From Basidiobolus meristosporus CBS 931.73 (taxonomy: Eukaryota; Fungi; Basidiobolomycota): 64,000 nucleotides of DNA. Shown here one piece after another: positions 15,764-30,068 of this stretch (positions within the stretch are counted from its first letter, which is position 1; the number at the start of each line of letters is the position of its first letter). Both the position numbers and the translations under genes were made by a program. Under the pieces are notes generated by a model. It ran no database searches, had not been told where the DNA came from, and was given only the letters and a program-made list of their open reading frames with translations. The DNA lies in NCBI GenBank assembly GCA_002104905.1, contig MCFE01000021.1:62001-126000 (forward strand), given 5' to 3'.

Positions 15764-16397
15764 ATGGCGATCAACAGAACTTCAGACCACTTGAGTGGTG
15801 TAAAGCCGGAAGGGCTTACTTCACCGAAATACGAAAGTCGTCAACAAATCGAGCACCTCAACGCAGTAAAACGAATGATATTGAGCCTTCGGTTAACTAG
15901 TAAGCTACTGGAAAATCCTAACCTTGTGGGCACCCTTATGCTGGATAAAGTCGATCAGTGTGAGCCAGAACATTTAGAGCCTGCTTTACTGCGTTTCGAT
16001 CAAGCTGTGGACAATTTTATTACCGTCACCAAGCAGCTCCACGAACTACAAAGAGCAGGGATAAAGATACTAGGTAGATCTAATCGGTCGAAGATCTCTA
16101 TATGGCTTAGAAAAGTGTTTCATTATAAACGGGGAATGAGTCAAGGTAAGCTTCAAAATAAGTGATGTACTTGCAGTAACTAACATGGTTAATTTAGAGG
16201 AGCCAGTATTAATGACAAGCCGCCTGAATCATGCCACCAAGATTATGACTGTAGCTAACCATCTGTTAAACTCGGATGTGAAACCAGCCAAGTTTAATCC
16301 ACCAGATGACTCTTTTCAAGCCAGCTTTATCACGACATTCGTGCTATTCCTCAGTACAATCAAGGAGGTTCGCAACAAAGCTTATTCTCTATTATAG
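15764..16397 (+). CDS. Hypothetical helical protein (~190 aa), two exons
   Basis: Two ORFs join in frame through a GTAAGC...ACTAAC...TAG intron at 16146-16197. No family recognised. Confidence 0.6.
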
Positions 16398-17136
16398 ATT
16401 CGCCATTTGAGATGAAACAGTGAGCAATCCGAAGCCAAGACAACATAGAACAAGCACGGGCTTTGCTTTTTCACTTGCGCATTATCCTACACTAGCCGAC
16501 AATTGCTGTTTTTTATCGAGGATCTATTGTTTACTCCACAGTTCTATTTATTAGATCCCTTTTGTAAAATTCTTTCTCCGCTTCTAGTTCATGGTTTATC
16601 TTTCGGTGTGAAACAGTATTTTATGTAATTTAAATGACTATATATTACTCTTCGTATAACATACTGAGAACGGCAGGTTCCATTTCACTTGGATGTGCTT
16701 CAAAGTTGAACATCGTTAGCTAGTTCCTATTTAATCTAGATACTGGATGAATATACTAATACTGGTTAGCATTCTCTAGGAAGTGCACCGTCCTATATAT
16801 CTGGAGTAAGGCTCCCAGCTTATTATTTATCTAGATGGTCATTCAAATACAGGAGTATCCATTGCCTCTTTTGTGAGTTTGATGGATTCCCAATCTTCGT
16901 GCATCAACTAAATCAAGGAGGAATCTGAGACTGATTTTTGTTTATTAATGAAGCAAAAAGTTGGCCAACTCATAATTAACAACTGCAAAATGTTTCGCCT
17001 TATGAAAGGAAAAGGTTAAGTAAGGTAAGCGGAAATGTAAACCGCCCTTATGGTTTGTTTGGTTGGGCCGAACTGTATGAAACATAGTACTCAACGTTAG
17101 AATTGATTGAGCCCACTCTTCCATCCGATTTGCAAC

Positions 17137-19058
17137 TTAAATAATCGCATGAGTAGAGACTGGAACTAGTGGCTTTTGCAACCCTGGTTCATCATCCGTT
17201 GTCTCGAATACTGCATTAGAGTTGAGTAAATGAACATATAATCGTCTTGATATGATTTAAACAGTCGCATACCTGCATAATCTGGTCGTTTACTAATTGA
17301 GGAGCCATCATTTTCAGTTATTGGCCGATTTATGGAGAGTCAAACGAATCATGAATATGCTTACCCTAGCTTCTTGTCTGAGGGCTTATTGCCCAGTTGA
17401 CTGCCTCCAGGATCGGCGAATGGGTCTTGTTCATGATCAGAGCCAAGGCTTGAGTGTGAAGTACTGAGTATTTATACGTAAGTGATGCGTAAACAAAAAT
17501 GACAAATGAAAGCCAACCCTGAGCCTGCTCCGATCGTTTCCTCATGTTGGATTAGGTCTGGTAATTCCTATAGGTTTCAAATTAATCAATTACTCCATCA
17601 TAACTGAGTGTGGTTATTTACCTGCTTCATAGAGTCGGTCAACGATGCTTTAGTAGCTGCAGCAACAAGTTGACGCTCAACCATCTCATTATAAAGGTTT
17701 AAGGTGTTTATGAGTTCGTGATTGACCTTCAGTAATGAGCCTTAAACGTTCGAAGAAACATTAGAATACGAGCTGCGTTGTGTATTTACCCAGCCTCTTA
17801 CTTAAATCAGCTTCGTTATCAGTAAGCGCAAGTATTTTTGCTATCTTAGCTTGTGATGATTTGCACTTCTCATAGAATTCCTAACAGACGTGCATTTGTT
17901 AAAAAAGTTATTTGATAAGGTTGCTATATTATTTACCTGAATCAAGTCATCTCTTGTTACATCAGTTGTTTCGGGGTCAGTGAAAGCAAGTGCTTCAGCC
18001 AACATTTGTGAATAACTCCGGCCAGAGTTGATAGTCTTTTCCACATGTTCAGTTGACTATTACATGCACTGAATTAGAAATCTTGATTCCAAATAATAGA
18101 AAACAATACATACAAGTTGTATATCTTCTGAGCTGTTGTTTGCTCTATTATCCCCCTGATTTAAAGAATTCATTAGTCATCGTCCACCATAGGATAACAA
18201 TTGACTGTTTTGAGATTAGTTACCGTAGGGATGCTACCTAAATATCGTTTAAAATTAACTCTCGGCCATTAAATTTAAGAGAGCGGCGTATTTACCTTGG
18301 AAAGCTAGTTTCTCGTACAAACTTTTGATCGGACTCATGCTTGGGTCATTTTCGAAAGTCACCGTCCAAATTTGCAGAAGCTCTATTACACGATTCCGTA
18401 CAATAACGTCACTGTACTAACAATTAGAAACGGTAAATAAAATTCACATATTATTTCCATTGAGCGATTATAATGCATACTCTAGAAGTGACTAATTTCT
18501 GTAGTGTGTTGAGAAATTTATCCGAAATGATGTAGCCTATATAATTGAATATTAGCACACAGTTACCAAGCACCTTTGTTATGTCCAGTATCAGTTATGA
18601 TGCACTGAAACTATGACCATACCATAAAATTTAGCCCCATATCGTTCGATCAAACTCTCATAAAGCTTCAAACAAAACGGAAGTTAGCATGTTTCAAGCA
18701 TCAGTAACTGTGCTCAACTTACTGATAGGCTAATCAAGACTGCCTGGGACTCTCGAGATTTGAGTTTGTTTTGTAAAGCCTTCGCCGCCTCTTTCATTCT
18801 GGATTTGGAGGAAGTATTTACACATAACTTTGTCTGATAATGCTTAATTGAAGTTTCGTACCCATTTTCTCTTGAGTTCACCAGGTTACACAATTGGCCC
18901 AAATCATCTTTAGAATAGTCTGGTTTCTTTACAAGCTTGTCTATAGAATAAATTCAAGATGTGAGCTTCACTTGTTTACAAGTACAATGTAATTAACGAT
19001 GTTAATAATTTGACAAACCTATGCTATCAGACACAGGGTTGGAGCCAAAAAATTTCAT
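17137..19058 (-). CDS. Lsb5/TOM1-like VHS-GAT endocytic adaptor, many small exons
   Basis: Reconstructed from exons: MKFFGSNPVSDSIDKLV..; VHS ALQNKLKSRESQAVLISLS..LIERYGAKFY..VRNRVIELLQIWTVTFENDPSMSPIKSLYEKL; GAT SYSQMLAEALAFTDP..LLKVNHELINTLNLYNEM; DPFAD motif near the C-terminus. Confidence 0.8.
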
Positions 19059-19889
19059 TAGAATATATGGAATTAAGATGTATAGTATGTGACGGGGGAG
19101 TTTTAACGAGATAGAAAGCTACTGTTTCTAAGAGGGTCAAGGTTGGTCGTATTTTCAATAGAGTAGTCAAAGAAAGGGATTGATAGAGGGGTTAAATCAA
19201 GTGGAAATTACGGACCACGCTTTACAAATCTAATATGGTCGGAGTAAAAAAGCAGTACCAATTATTGCGTCAAATGGAAATGCTCAAACCAATAAGACAG
19301 CACCGGTAAGTGATTGGATATGGCAGTATCTATTAATGTTGATGCTATAGATTTAAATCAATCAGTAGTCTTTCCATGCCCATCATTCAACAAAGTCATA
19401 GGAAACATATTCCTAACAAAGTAGCTAAGGGCTTCCAAAACTAGATGCCAAGATTCAGATTGTTTATACACCGCATAGCACATGTTCAGGGTCTCTGCAT
19501 TGTACCGTATATATATTAAATTAGAATTTCTACACCTTCTCTAGACTGTTCTGCAGAAAATCGTGAATGATACATACAAACTCCCTACCGACGTTTATGC
19601 TACACAGATGAATGCAAAAGAACTTGGCTGATAAAGTACTTGTTGGTTGATGATTGGTGTAATAAGGGCATATAGCTGGCTGATCGTTAGTCAGATAGAC
19701 TAGCCAATACTGAACTTGCTTAATTCTGAAGCAGTTTAAACCTGAAGACATGAAGGAATTTGTTAACTTGTTTTATTCATGTTACCATGTTAATCTTTGA
19801 TTTGTCTAACAAAACTGCTAAATTCCATGGACTTTGAAGGCTCGAGCTCAATTTTGCATAACCACGCTGTGCCAACTTCGTAAGTGTGG

Positions 19890-19909
19890 ATATATATATA
19901 TATATATAT
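19890..19909. repeat. (AT)n microsatellite
   Basis: About 20 nt of alternating A/T. Confidence 0.85.
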
Positions 19910-21632
19910 TAGAGATTATAAAAGGTGATGAGCATTGGTGAACTATCGCAACACTTTGGCGGGATTACATCAGGAACAGCTTGGCTCAGAACACCCAGGC
20001 TTCCAAGCATCTTGTAGCTCATTTTATCATCCCTTTCGTCGGGCATTGATACAACAATGTATGTTCTCTTAATTGGACAGGGCACAGCCCCCACTGGTTG
20101 AAAGCATTATACACCTGTCTTCACAGTTTCAGTTCATAGCTCAATTAATAATAATGATGAGCTAGTGGAATGGAGAGCTCCCAAAACATCCATCGCATGG
20201 CCAGGAAAGCAGGATAATGCCCAATCATAACGCCATTACAGAGACATCTTGAATTCCTATTCGACTCACGGAAATTGTAGATCAGAATCAACAGGACTTT
20301 GTTGGTACACAGAGAAACTGGAAATTCATGCAAACCCCATGTAGCTTGCTCTAAAAAGGATTCAAATTACAAAACTGATACTAAACAGGAAAATTCGTCT
20401 GAACAATGCCTATACACAGGACAAAGGTTCCTTTATTATCTGATGGTCAAGACAATGTACTATCTTCCCAAGAAGGGACAATATGTGGAAATAGATGTCA
20501 ATTATCATTTGTTGTGTATTCTAGCATAGCATCGATAATAGGAAAAGGGAATTTCCCAACTGTGTCTCCTAGGGTAATGTTGCGTCACATGGATTTAATT
20601 GTTCTTCTTTGTATAGAGACTTCGAAACAGAACGGCATTCGATATAAGCCCACTTTGGAAAAGCGCATAATTGATATTGAACAATTAAGGAAATAGTACA
20701 ACCAAAAAGGGTGTCACACAAATATTAGAATATCTCGCTTGACCAGATTAGTAACGTCAAGGTTCCTAAAACCTCACCGATTCATTGCAAATCAGATATA
20801 ATCAATAGCCTGTGGTTGCCTCCTATACGATGAACATGGTTAGTACTCATTTCCATATTAATTATTTTGTACGGCACCTGTATGCTGCCATTACTTACTC
20901 TTCGTTTGACCAAACGCGGCCTCATAATCCATCTATGATTACCCACGGAATGCAACTAAACACGAACATGTAGACGAGGTACTCATCCGGGTGGTAGAAC
21001 GGGTATGGACACCGAAGCTTACGCTTCTGACAACATATGGAAGATGTGTGGGCATCCTTTAATGTCTCAAACCACCCAGGGGTTTGGTGTTCATAGATGC
21101 CATTCTGAAGTATTTTCTCTTACAATTAAACAGAAATGAATGAAATTACCACAAAATTCAGATTCAGGGGTCCGAATGATAGAAAGACTAATGCTAATTT
21201 AGGTCCTTATGCTATGTCCGTAGTATTCTTCACTTGATCTCACATTCGTATATATCCCGATTATTACATCAATTTATTAATCACCAATTCTGGTTGGTTT
21301 TACGGTTACACTTGGTTAATGGATGCCCAGTCAGTCCCCGAACAACTGATTCTAAATTATTTGAAAAGTGCCTTGCAATTTCTTTTGCACTTTTGTTTGC
21401 GAAACAAAGCATCCTTCTTGACTCCCATATTTGTTCTTGTTTGTATAGTTCGTTTCGATTGCGTGTATACACTCAAAATCCTTGACAGCTATCCTTCATG
21501 AATAGCAGCTTCGAAGTTTCAGTGTCGTTCTAATCACCTTACCTTTTTCTGCGATTCATAGTATTACTTCGACTTGTTTTCTATCTCCTACACAGAGAAT
21601 ATTTATAATATACACCAACCACTGGTGTAGAG

Positions 21633-24600
21633 ATGAGCTCTTCTCAGAATAGCTTCAAAGCATATCCCAGGAGCCCCGACTCTAAATACAACTATCCACC
21701 AACCAAAGGCGCCACAACTTCCAGCGGTATCCCACCTTCTGACAGCCCTCGAGTTAGACAGATAAAAACCTCGCAGTCCAAATCTTCTTTTTCCAATGCT
21801 TTTACTGCACTTTTTGGAAAATCTCGAACAGTGCCTGGAGATGATTCGTTGTACCTGAGTAGGAACTCAGAGTTCTACGATATGTCACCTGAGCGCATCT
21901 CAGTAAACGTCTCTCGCGGAGACACAGTGATATCTTCCTTTTTACCTGAAATAGAGTCAATGCCGCAACTTACTATTTATCCGGAGCCTGATAAGGAGCC
22001 AGTTGCAGTGGATAATATTGAGCCGGCTAAAGCCAAAGAGGAAGTCCCGATACGTTCAACTATCACCGAGCTACCGCAGCCGCGCTCTTCTTCGCTTAAA
22101 ACTAGCAAGGAAAAGATTAAAAGACATACAAAAGGCTCACCCAGCACAGTTGCCATTACCAAAGAAGGGTATCTCAACAAGAAAGCCGATCTTTACCAAG
22201 GTAGTACTATGGGACTAAGTAGAAGCTGGAAGGTATATCGAGTCATGTTAAAGGGGTCCAAGCTGTATTTCTATAAGCCTCCGTCGGAGAGCGAACTTAA
22301 GAGTATATTCCCGTTGACAACCATAGAAAAGAGACCGCTTACCATAGCGACAACATCACTAGGACCCCCAGTATCATCCGCTTTTTCACCTTCTACTCAT
22401 TCACCAGACCTTAGTGATAAGGGGATCCCGTTGAATAGCGCCAATTTCGCCAATTCCGCTCGAGTGCTAATTTTTGAGCCGATACCAAGATCAAACGATC
22501 GTCACTTATCGATTTCTTTCCCGATACCAGTTGATGAGCCACTTTATTACCGTTATTGTTACGGTGAATGCTTCACAGAAGTGGACCCCGGGAACTTTCG
22601 CTTCAAACGTTTCGTTTGTTTGCTTATTTTCAACGACACGATAATGATATGCAAACGCAAATGGGTTCGAAACAATAGACCTAGTATCTTTGATGCAGTC
22701 GGAGATGCCATTCGTTTTGCTAGCTCTTCTGGCTCTGGTCCACATCCAGACATATTTGATGATAAATCTGGGAACTCCGCCAAGGGCTACTTTACAAAAT
22801 GGAAGCATGATACTACTTTGCCTATTGAACGTGTTGATGTAATCGAGGCATCGTCCACCTCATTCTCCTATTCAAATAACCAAAGTTCCACCGGCACTAC
22901 GAATAGGTCGACGCTTTTCTCACTTTCAAACTCCTCCGCGTCTTCATTGTTCGGATCATCGTTCGATGTTTCGCAGTTAACGTCGGGAAATGTTCAGGCC
23001 ATTCAAATTTTCGTAACCGGTCCTAACGCTACTCAAAGACTTTTTGTGGCTAAAACGGATGAACAGCGTATTACTTGGTTGAACAAGTTTAGTACCGTCA
23101 AAAATTCGCACGGGAAGAAAGCCGGGAAAAAAAGCGATGAAGTTCCCCGAACTCTTTCAAGAGTCGCAGATCCGAACTTCAGTAAGGTAGATTTGATGAG
23201 GGCACAGAGTAAATTGAATTCCAAGAAAAGCGACCCTGTCATCAGAGGTAGATTGTACTGGAGTACGGCTCAACATCCAGAACTGGTGCTTTCGCAACTG
23301 TACAACACGAACTCTAGTGATGGTGCCTCAGCAGAGCCAGCATTTTTCAAGGTGAATGGAGGTACCATAGATTCATTAATTCATGAATTACTATTCGGCA
23401 ATATTACAAATCGAAGACAAAAACAAAGTGGAGATATATCAACCCCTAATGAGGATTATATCAGCATTTTCTTGTCTACTTATTACTTATTCACGTCACC
23501 ATCACATGTGCTCCGAGAGATCCGTAGGTGCGTTGGCATGGTTGTTTTTGATGATGAACTGGATGAGCAGGGAAAAATGGTTCTTGAGCGTTTAACGACC
23601 ATTCTCCGACTTTGGATAGAGGATTTCAACGAAGACATGGATGAAAAGTTACAGAAAGATATTGAGAGCTTGGTGAAAGAAACTTTAGAGAAGCACAATA
23701 TCGACGGATTTAGTGAGCTGATTCAATTCTTAGAGAAACCCAATAATGGCCCAGCTAGACTTCAATTATCAAAAGAGCAGCCTTTACAATCTAGTACCGA
23801 GGCGGAGGATACTTCTCTTTTGCATCTTCTTCCGGATCTCTCTAACCTTGCTCGTTCGGGTTTGACTCCAACTTTGTTTCTAAAGATACCCGCTCAGGAC
23901 TTTGCTGAGCAGCTATATATTTTCCACAACCGACGTCGAATGGAGATTACAGATCACAATCTACTTCATATTCGTAATTTCCTTCCGTTTAACGAGTATT
24001 CCCCAGCTTCTGCCAACTCGAAAAAGCTGAATCCATTTATATGCACATTGTCAAGTCCCCACTTCCTGACTCAGCTGATCCATACTCACCTGGTAACCAC
24101 AGCTCAATCAATGCACTCGTCCAGAAGAAGTACAATTTTATTACACTGGATCCGCACTGGTATTGCATGCCAACAGCTTGGAGATATGGCCTCTTGGGTT
24201 TCCATTGCTTTAGGAGTGTGTAGTCCTGCAGTTGTAAGACTAAGAGAAACGTGGAAAGGAATTCCGGATGCGCTAAAGGTTCAAATTGCTTCTGAATGGG
24301 TACCTCGATTGGTTGATTATGGCCTCTATGGTACTGAGATCTCCGACCTTGCAAGGCTTAGCAGTGTCATCAATGGCAGCGCTGACAAGGCTATGATCAA
24401 AGGACAAATCCCGTATTTTGGCGCAATTAAACAAGCCATTGAAAGAATAGACAAGGCGGTTCCTAGTGCCTTGAATACCGATAGCAATGGAAGTACCAAC
24501 TCTGGAAGGAGCGGGAATACCAGCACATCCGTTGTAAATTTTGACAAGTATCGTCAAATGTACCTTGTTTTCATCCGCGCAAAGAGAGAATGGTGCCGTT

Positions 24601-27600
24601 CCCGTGCTCGATCATCGCCGACTGCTTCCAACACACCACACTGTAAACCACTTCAGATCTATTTTGATGGCATGCTATCCAACGACGATCCTACTTTGGA
24701 ATTTGATGTCAAGCATATCTTCCAGTGTTCACTGGATTCCGAGCCACCCATAGGTAGCCGCTACTACGAGGAAATTTACAAAAATCATCCCAATCGTATT
24801 TTAGGTTACCAGCCTCTACAATTCCCGGTTACTACACCGTATTCTCCGTCCTATTTGGAAATGCTTGCGACTTGTATGGCAACACAATCTGATTATGGCA
24901 TGAAGCCCAACGACGGTAGGGAATTTTCTCCCAATCATATTGAACGTGGCCGGTCCCCCACCATGTATGGTTCTGCTCGTCCAGGGAATGTCAATGAGAA
25001 TGTGAAAACAACCGTGCCACTATCAATCGATGTATATCAAGCTCGCAAGCGAACCCAATCGCTTACAACTAGCCCGGTAATGAACAGGCCAATCTCGCCT
25101 ATTGAAACCATCGGAAAATCAGGATGGTGGGGCTTTATGCAGAAGCAATACGACCAACAACATCTTTCGAACGCCAGTTGGATTCCGGACCTTCTGAAGA
25201 AAAATGAAATCCTACTCTTTGCTAGCAATAAGGAGCTTGTTTTCAAAGTCTCAAAGAATGACTTCTTTGAGTTGCGTAATCCCTCCTCGCCCCTAAGAGT
25301 TTATGTTAAAGGGGGTACGCTAGATCGACTCATTGACATTTTGGTTTTCGGTGTGCAACGTTATAACGACGAATTGGTTACTGAGTCCGATCATCCCTTC
25401 ACTATCGGCAAGTCAAGCTATCTTGAGATTGATGAGGACGAATATTCAGAAACATTCTTTCTGTCTTATCGAAGCTTTTGCATCCCCAGTGCACTGCTGG
25501 ATCACCTGCGTAAGCGGTATATGAAAGCCAAAAAAACTGTCGACAAGAAGTCAAGAAACCCTGAAGACCAGGAGAACCTGGAAGGCGTGTCGTGGATAAA
25601 GTTGCGTATTGTCACGATGTTTGAGTATTGGTTGAAAAACCATTTCCACGATTTTATGGACAGCTTAGAGGTTAGGGACAAAGCCTGCGCTTTTTTGGAC
25701 GCCGTAATCAAGCTGGAAATCAACAATCTGTCACGTTGTGCTGAGGGTGATTCTGGTTGGCGACTTTCTGACAAGTTGGTTAATTTCGCAAATAGACTGA
25801 AGAAGTTTATTGTCGCTACGTCATTGAAACCATCCCCACTCTCAGTGCAGCCCAGAGAATTGTCCATTACTGTCCCGAAGATGCACACCAACTCTGATCC
25901 CGATTACTTTAATCTGCCTTTTGAGCCCCAGTCTTCACCAAAGTCCGCGGATACCCCTCAAGCGATATGTCAAGGTGTAGATGGAAAAGCTCCTCGAGAT
26001 TTGGTTGCGGCTATCAACCAATGTATATTTAATCTGTTTTCCCCTATCCCGCTCCACGATTGGGTTTATGCCCTGAGCGATCTGGAGCTTCAAACCATTG
26101 ATCCACTGGCTTGGCATCCAAAAAAGAAACCTGCGCCTGTAACCGACGATGAGGTGATATTTTCCGACATTTATATTGCCATTGAACATTGCCGCCATTC
26201 AATTGCCTCTAGTAGTAATTCTCAAGCTAGCAGCACTCTCTTTTCAACAGTCCCGAGCTCAATCGTCGCCCTCTTTCGGATTCATGAGGCTATCAAAGTT
26301 TGGGTCATTTCGGAGATAGCTTCGTTGACAATTGACTATAAGTTGAGAATATCAAGAATTGAGAAATTCATTGAGATGATCTTAATATGCCGATACGAAA
26401 TGTCTGCTCTGGGGCCTGGCCGCATCAAGACATTTAGCCAACTAGGTGTATCGGGAGACTTGGGTGGAAAACAGAAGCTTTATGTTCCATCGTTCGTGGA
26501 ATCCGCGATAATAGCTGGCTTAATCAGTCCCGAAAGCAGAGCTTTTACTAAGGCTTGGAACGACGTATCCCAAAACCATAATTGTGGTCTGGACACACTC
26601 CATTCCCTGATAAATGGATTCGATATCAGCTTAGCTTCCGGATCTCCATTCTCGTCTCAATTTCAGGATTCGTCTACCACAGAGCCGCTTGGTCTTGTTC
26701 CATCCCTTGGCTGGATGATAGAAAGTATTTTGGAGATATTCTATTACCTCCCCGATCTCTTGTTTACTTCCGGACATCTGATTAACTTCGACAAGAGACT
26801 ACACATTTACTACCTAATTAGCTCATTCAGAGAATGGACTTCTCAATGTAGCTTATCCCAATCACCGAATCAAGACGTTGACATGAGCTTCTTGATTTCT
26901 CAGAGTGGATACGCTACAAAGCCAGATATTCGACAGGTGAAGGAGTTTGCAGCCCGTGAAAATGCCCTAATTCGGTTCAACTCTAATGGTAGTGCTAATG
27001 GCAACAGCTGGTCTTCATCTCATCATTCAATGCCGATTCGAAAAGTGTTCGCAAAATTGATTCATGAAGAGCAAGAGAAATTCAAGCGCGATACAAGAGA
27101 GCGGGAACGTCTAGAGCGGGAGGCTAGAGAATATCAGTTAAACGTGCAAAGGAAGATGCACGAGGAGGCCAAGATCATTGAAAAGCGAGTAAAAGAACAA
27201 CAACAACGTCGTGCCAAAACCAAGGAATTAGAGATGATGACAAATCTAATGAAAACTGTCCGGACAACCGATTCTGTATGCGAGAGTTCTGCCAAGTCAC
27301 CCGTTGCTGAGCCTGTTGCTTCTTACTTTTCAACCACACCTGATTCAATGAGCACACGTAATAGAGACTCGGAAATTCCTCGTACTTCTTCGTTGCCCTC
27401 CTTTTTGTCGAAGGCGCCCACAGTTAAGCCATCGCTGGCCATTAACCTTATCGACTCCACAATCTCTGTAGAGCATTCTCACGCAAAGCGAGATCACGTT
27501 TTCAAGGTGGAGTCAGAAGAAGGATGCCAGTATTATCTGCAGGCTATTGACCGGCAAGATATGATGGACTGGGTTCAGGCCATAAGTGATGCAGCTAAGG

Positions 27601-28747
27601 AAGCTGCAGCCCGAAGAATCACCGTTTTGGTGGAGGATGCTCAGAAAGAGATTATCGAACAAGAGAGAGCATCCAATAGAGTCTCGGCTACTGGTGCCGG
27701 TGCAGGGGATGGCAAATCTAAAATCGAGACTGAGCTATCTTCTGGTAAATGTGTTTTATTAATTTCGGATCAAGTCGCAAATTTGCTAACTCAACGGTGC
27801 AGTGTTCGGCGTTAATTTAGAGAAGATGATGAAGAATACAGACGGATCAGATGGATACACAGTACCTATATTGGTATCGAAATGCTTGAGTGAAGTCGAG
27901 AGTAGAGGTAACATATAGTTATTTACACAACGTTTACGACTTGTTTATTAACATCGCTTTTTAGGTCTTTGTGAAGTTGGAATTTATCGACTTTCTGGAA
28001 TGATGTCAAGTATTGAGCGGCTACGCCAGGAGTTTAACAGGAGTATGGCTACCTTTGCATCGTCCTACTACATGAAGATATTGCTAACCAAATTGAATAG
28101 ACGCGGAAGCGGTTGACTTATCTGATGAAGAGTGGAGTGACATTAATATTGTTTCTGGACTACTAAAACAATGGCTTCGTGAATTACCTGAGCCGCTTCT
28201 CTCATTTGAGCTTTACGAAGATTTTATCTCCGCAGTAGGTTAGTATATCATATTGAGGTAGTGCCGTAACCGCTGTTAACCTCGGTCTATTACATAGGTG
28301 TTGTTGACTACGATGAAAGACTTTTCGCCATCAAGGATTTGGTTCATGCACTTCCTACTCCTAATTACGTCCTTCTTAAGCGATTAGTTGAGCACTTGGA
28401 GATGTAAGGAAACCACTTTAGTACCAATCATTGATGAGTACTAATAATGCTGTATCACTAGGATTACTGACTACGAGGACATCAATCATATGTACGCTTC
28501 AAATTTGGCAATTGTCTTTGGCCCTACTATCCTTCGCCCTCCCCCAGGCCCAGCATCGTTTGCTACTTCGATGGCAAACTTGGGGCAACAGCAAAGCATT
28601 GTCAAGAATCTTATTCTGCAGTATCATTGGATATTTGATGTTGAGGCAGATGTGGAGCAGGAGAGCGAAAAAGCTGCCTACATGGAAACGTTAACTGAAG
28701 AAGCTGAAGAATATGAATATGAAGAACATGTGGCCACTGCTCGCTAA
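21633..28747 (+). CDS. Bem2-like multidomain protein (PH, two REM/RasGEF modules, RhoGAP)
   Basis: First exon of about 6.1 kb; REM-like GGTIDSLIHELL and GGTLDRLIDILV; RasGEF-like FAEQL..F, IPYFG and VNFDKYR; RhoGAP exons GLCEVGIYRLSG (catalytic Arg), LLKQWLRELPEPL and MYASNLAIVFGPTIL. Confidence 0.85.
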
Positions 28748-29265
28748 TGGGGAATGTTTATATTCAGATGTCCACCTTAGGATGGACACCGTCTCAGTTT
28801 TGCCATGTTTTTTAGGCTGGCCCTAGATATTCAAATTCCTCAACTTCTTCATGTTGGCATAGATTCATGAAGAGGATACTTACCGAGTGTTCACGGGGAA
28901 CCTCCTTGGTACTTTATAGTTTCAACTTGTACTCCCATCAATAATTATCCATCTTCCCTATACTTTCCATTGAATTGTTGCAAATACCCATAATACCATC
29001 ATAGCTTCACTGTATAACACTTTCCCACTTCGATAGCACCTTTTCCAGTCAATTTGACAGTAGGAAGGAAAACCCCCTATTCCACCACAACCTTGAGAAA
29101 TCGTTTTAATATGATTTATTGAATTTAAAATAGTATATATGTTAGAGAACTCATAATATCGTAATAAAAATGTGGTATATATATAAGGGAATTGTTGATC
29201 TATGACAAGCATGAAGAAAATTTGAAAATCATTCATATAAATATGTAGAAAACTGACTTCGCCTA

Positions 29266-30068
29266 TTATGCGTTGGAATAATATGATAAGAATAATTTAG
29301 ATGTTCGAATAGCCGCCTTTTCGTATCTTTCTTGATCGTTTCTTGCTTGAACTAGAATTACCAAGGCAAAGAAAGCAAACACGTCCACAGCTACAAATCC
29401 AAACAGAGCGGTATATATATTCCTCAAGTAGTTGTCCGAGTAAATGTGAATCATATCCACGCAACCGGGCCAGGCGTGTTCTTGGCTTCTACACGAAATA
29501 GAATCGGCGGGAAAATCTGTACTATCGAAGTAACCACAACAGCTATCCTATAAATCGGGCGCACTTTAGTACTAATTGATAGAGAAGAAAGTGAGGCGTG
29601 CTAACCGTTTCCTGAAATAACGCTCTCAATGCGGGGTCCCAAGTCCTCCATTTGTCGGAGAAGCTATCTCGAATGCTCAAGGACCTAAACCAAATTACTG
29701 CTCCTAGCGATAGCTCAATAACTAACACTGCTACCACAAGCCACCCATACACTATGAGCCATTTTTTCTTCCGAACTGGATGTGCGGAACCATGGAATCC
29801 TATGAACGAAGCAAAGGTTGCCACGATGCCCATGAAGAGCCCAGCTATGAATGAGCATTAGAATTCAGCCTTGGTTAGAATTTTTTAATTGGAAGCTAGA
29901 GTTCTATCTACACATACCAAAAAGTATATCCGGGGTAACGACCACGCGACGGCGAGCATATGGCGTTGCCCAGAAGTAGGACCCCACACTGATAGCAACA
30001 AGGCCAGATGCCATGAATATCATAGTGAGAATGAAAAAGGACACCCTTATATTGAAACTAATATCCAT
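29266..30068 (-). CDS. Fungal tetraspanin (Tsp2-like)
   Basis: Four hydrophobic segments; large extracellular loop with CCGYFDST..C...PGC; two introns. Confidence 0.8.

Noticed and set aside
19900-21500. Stop-interrupted minus-strand frames, including an in-frame TGA near 21475 considered as possible selenocysteine
   Set aside because: No redox (CxxU/UxxC) context, no SECIS recognised, and downstream exons do not join.
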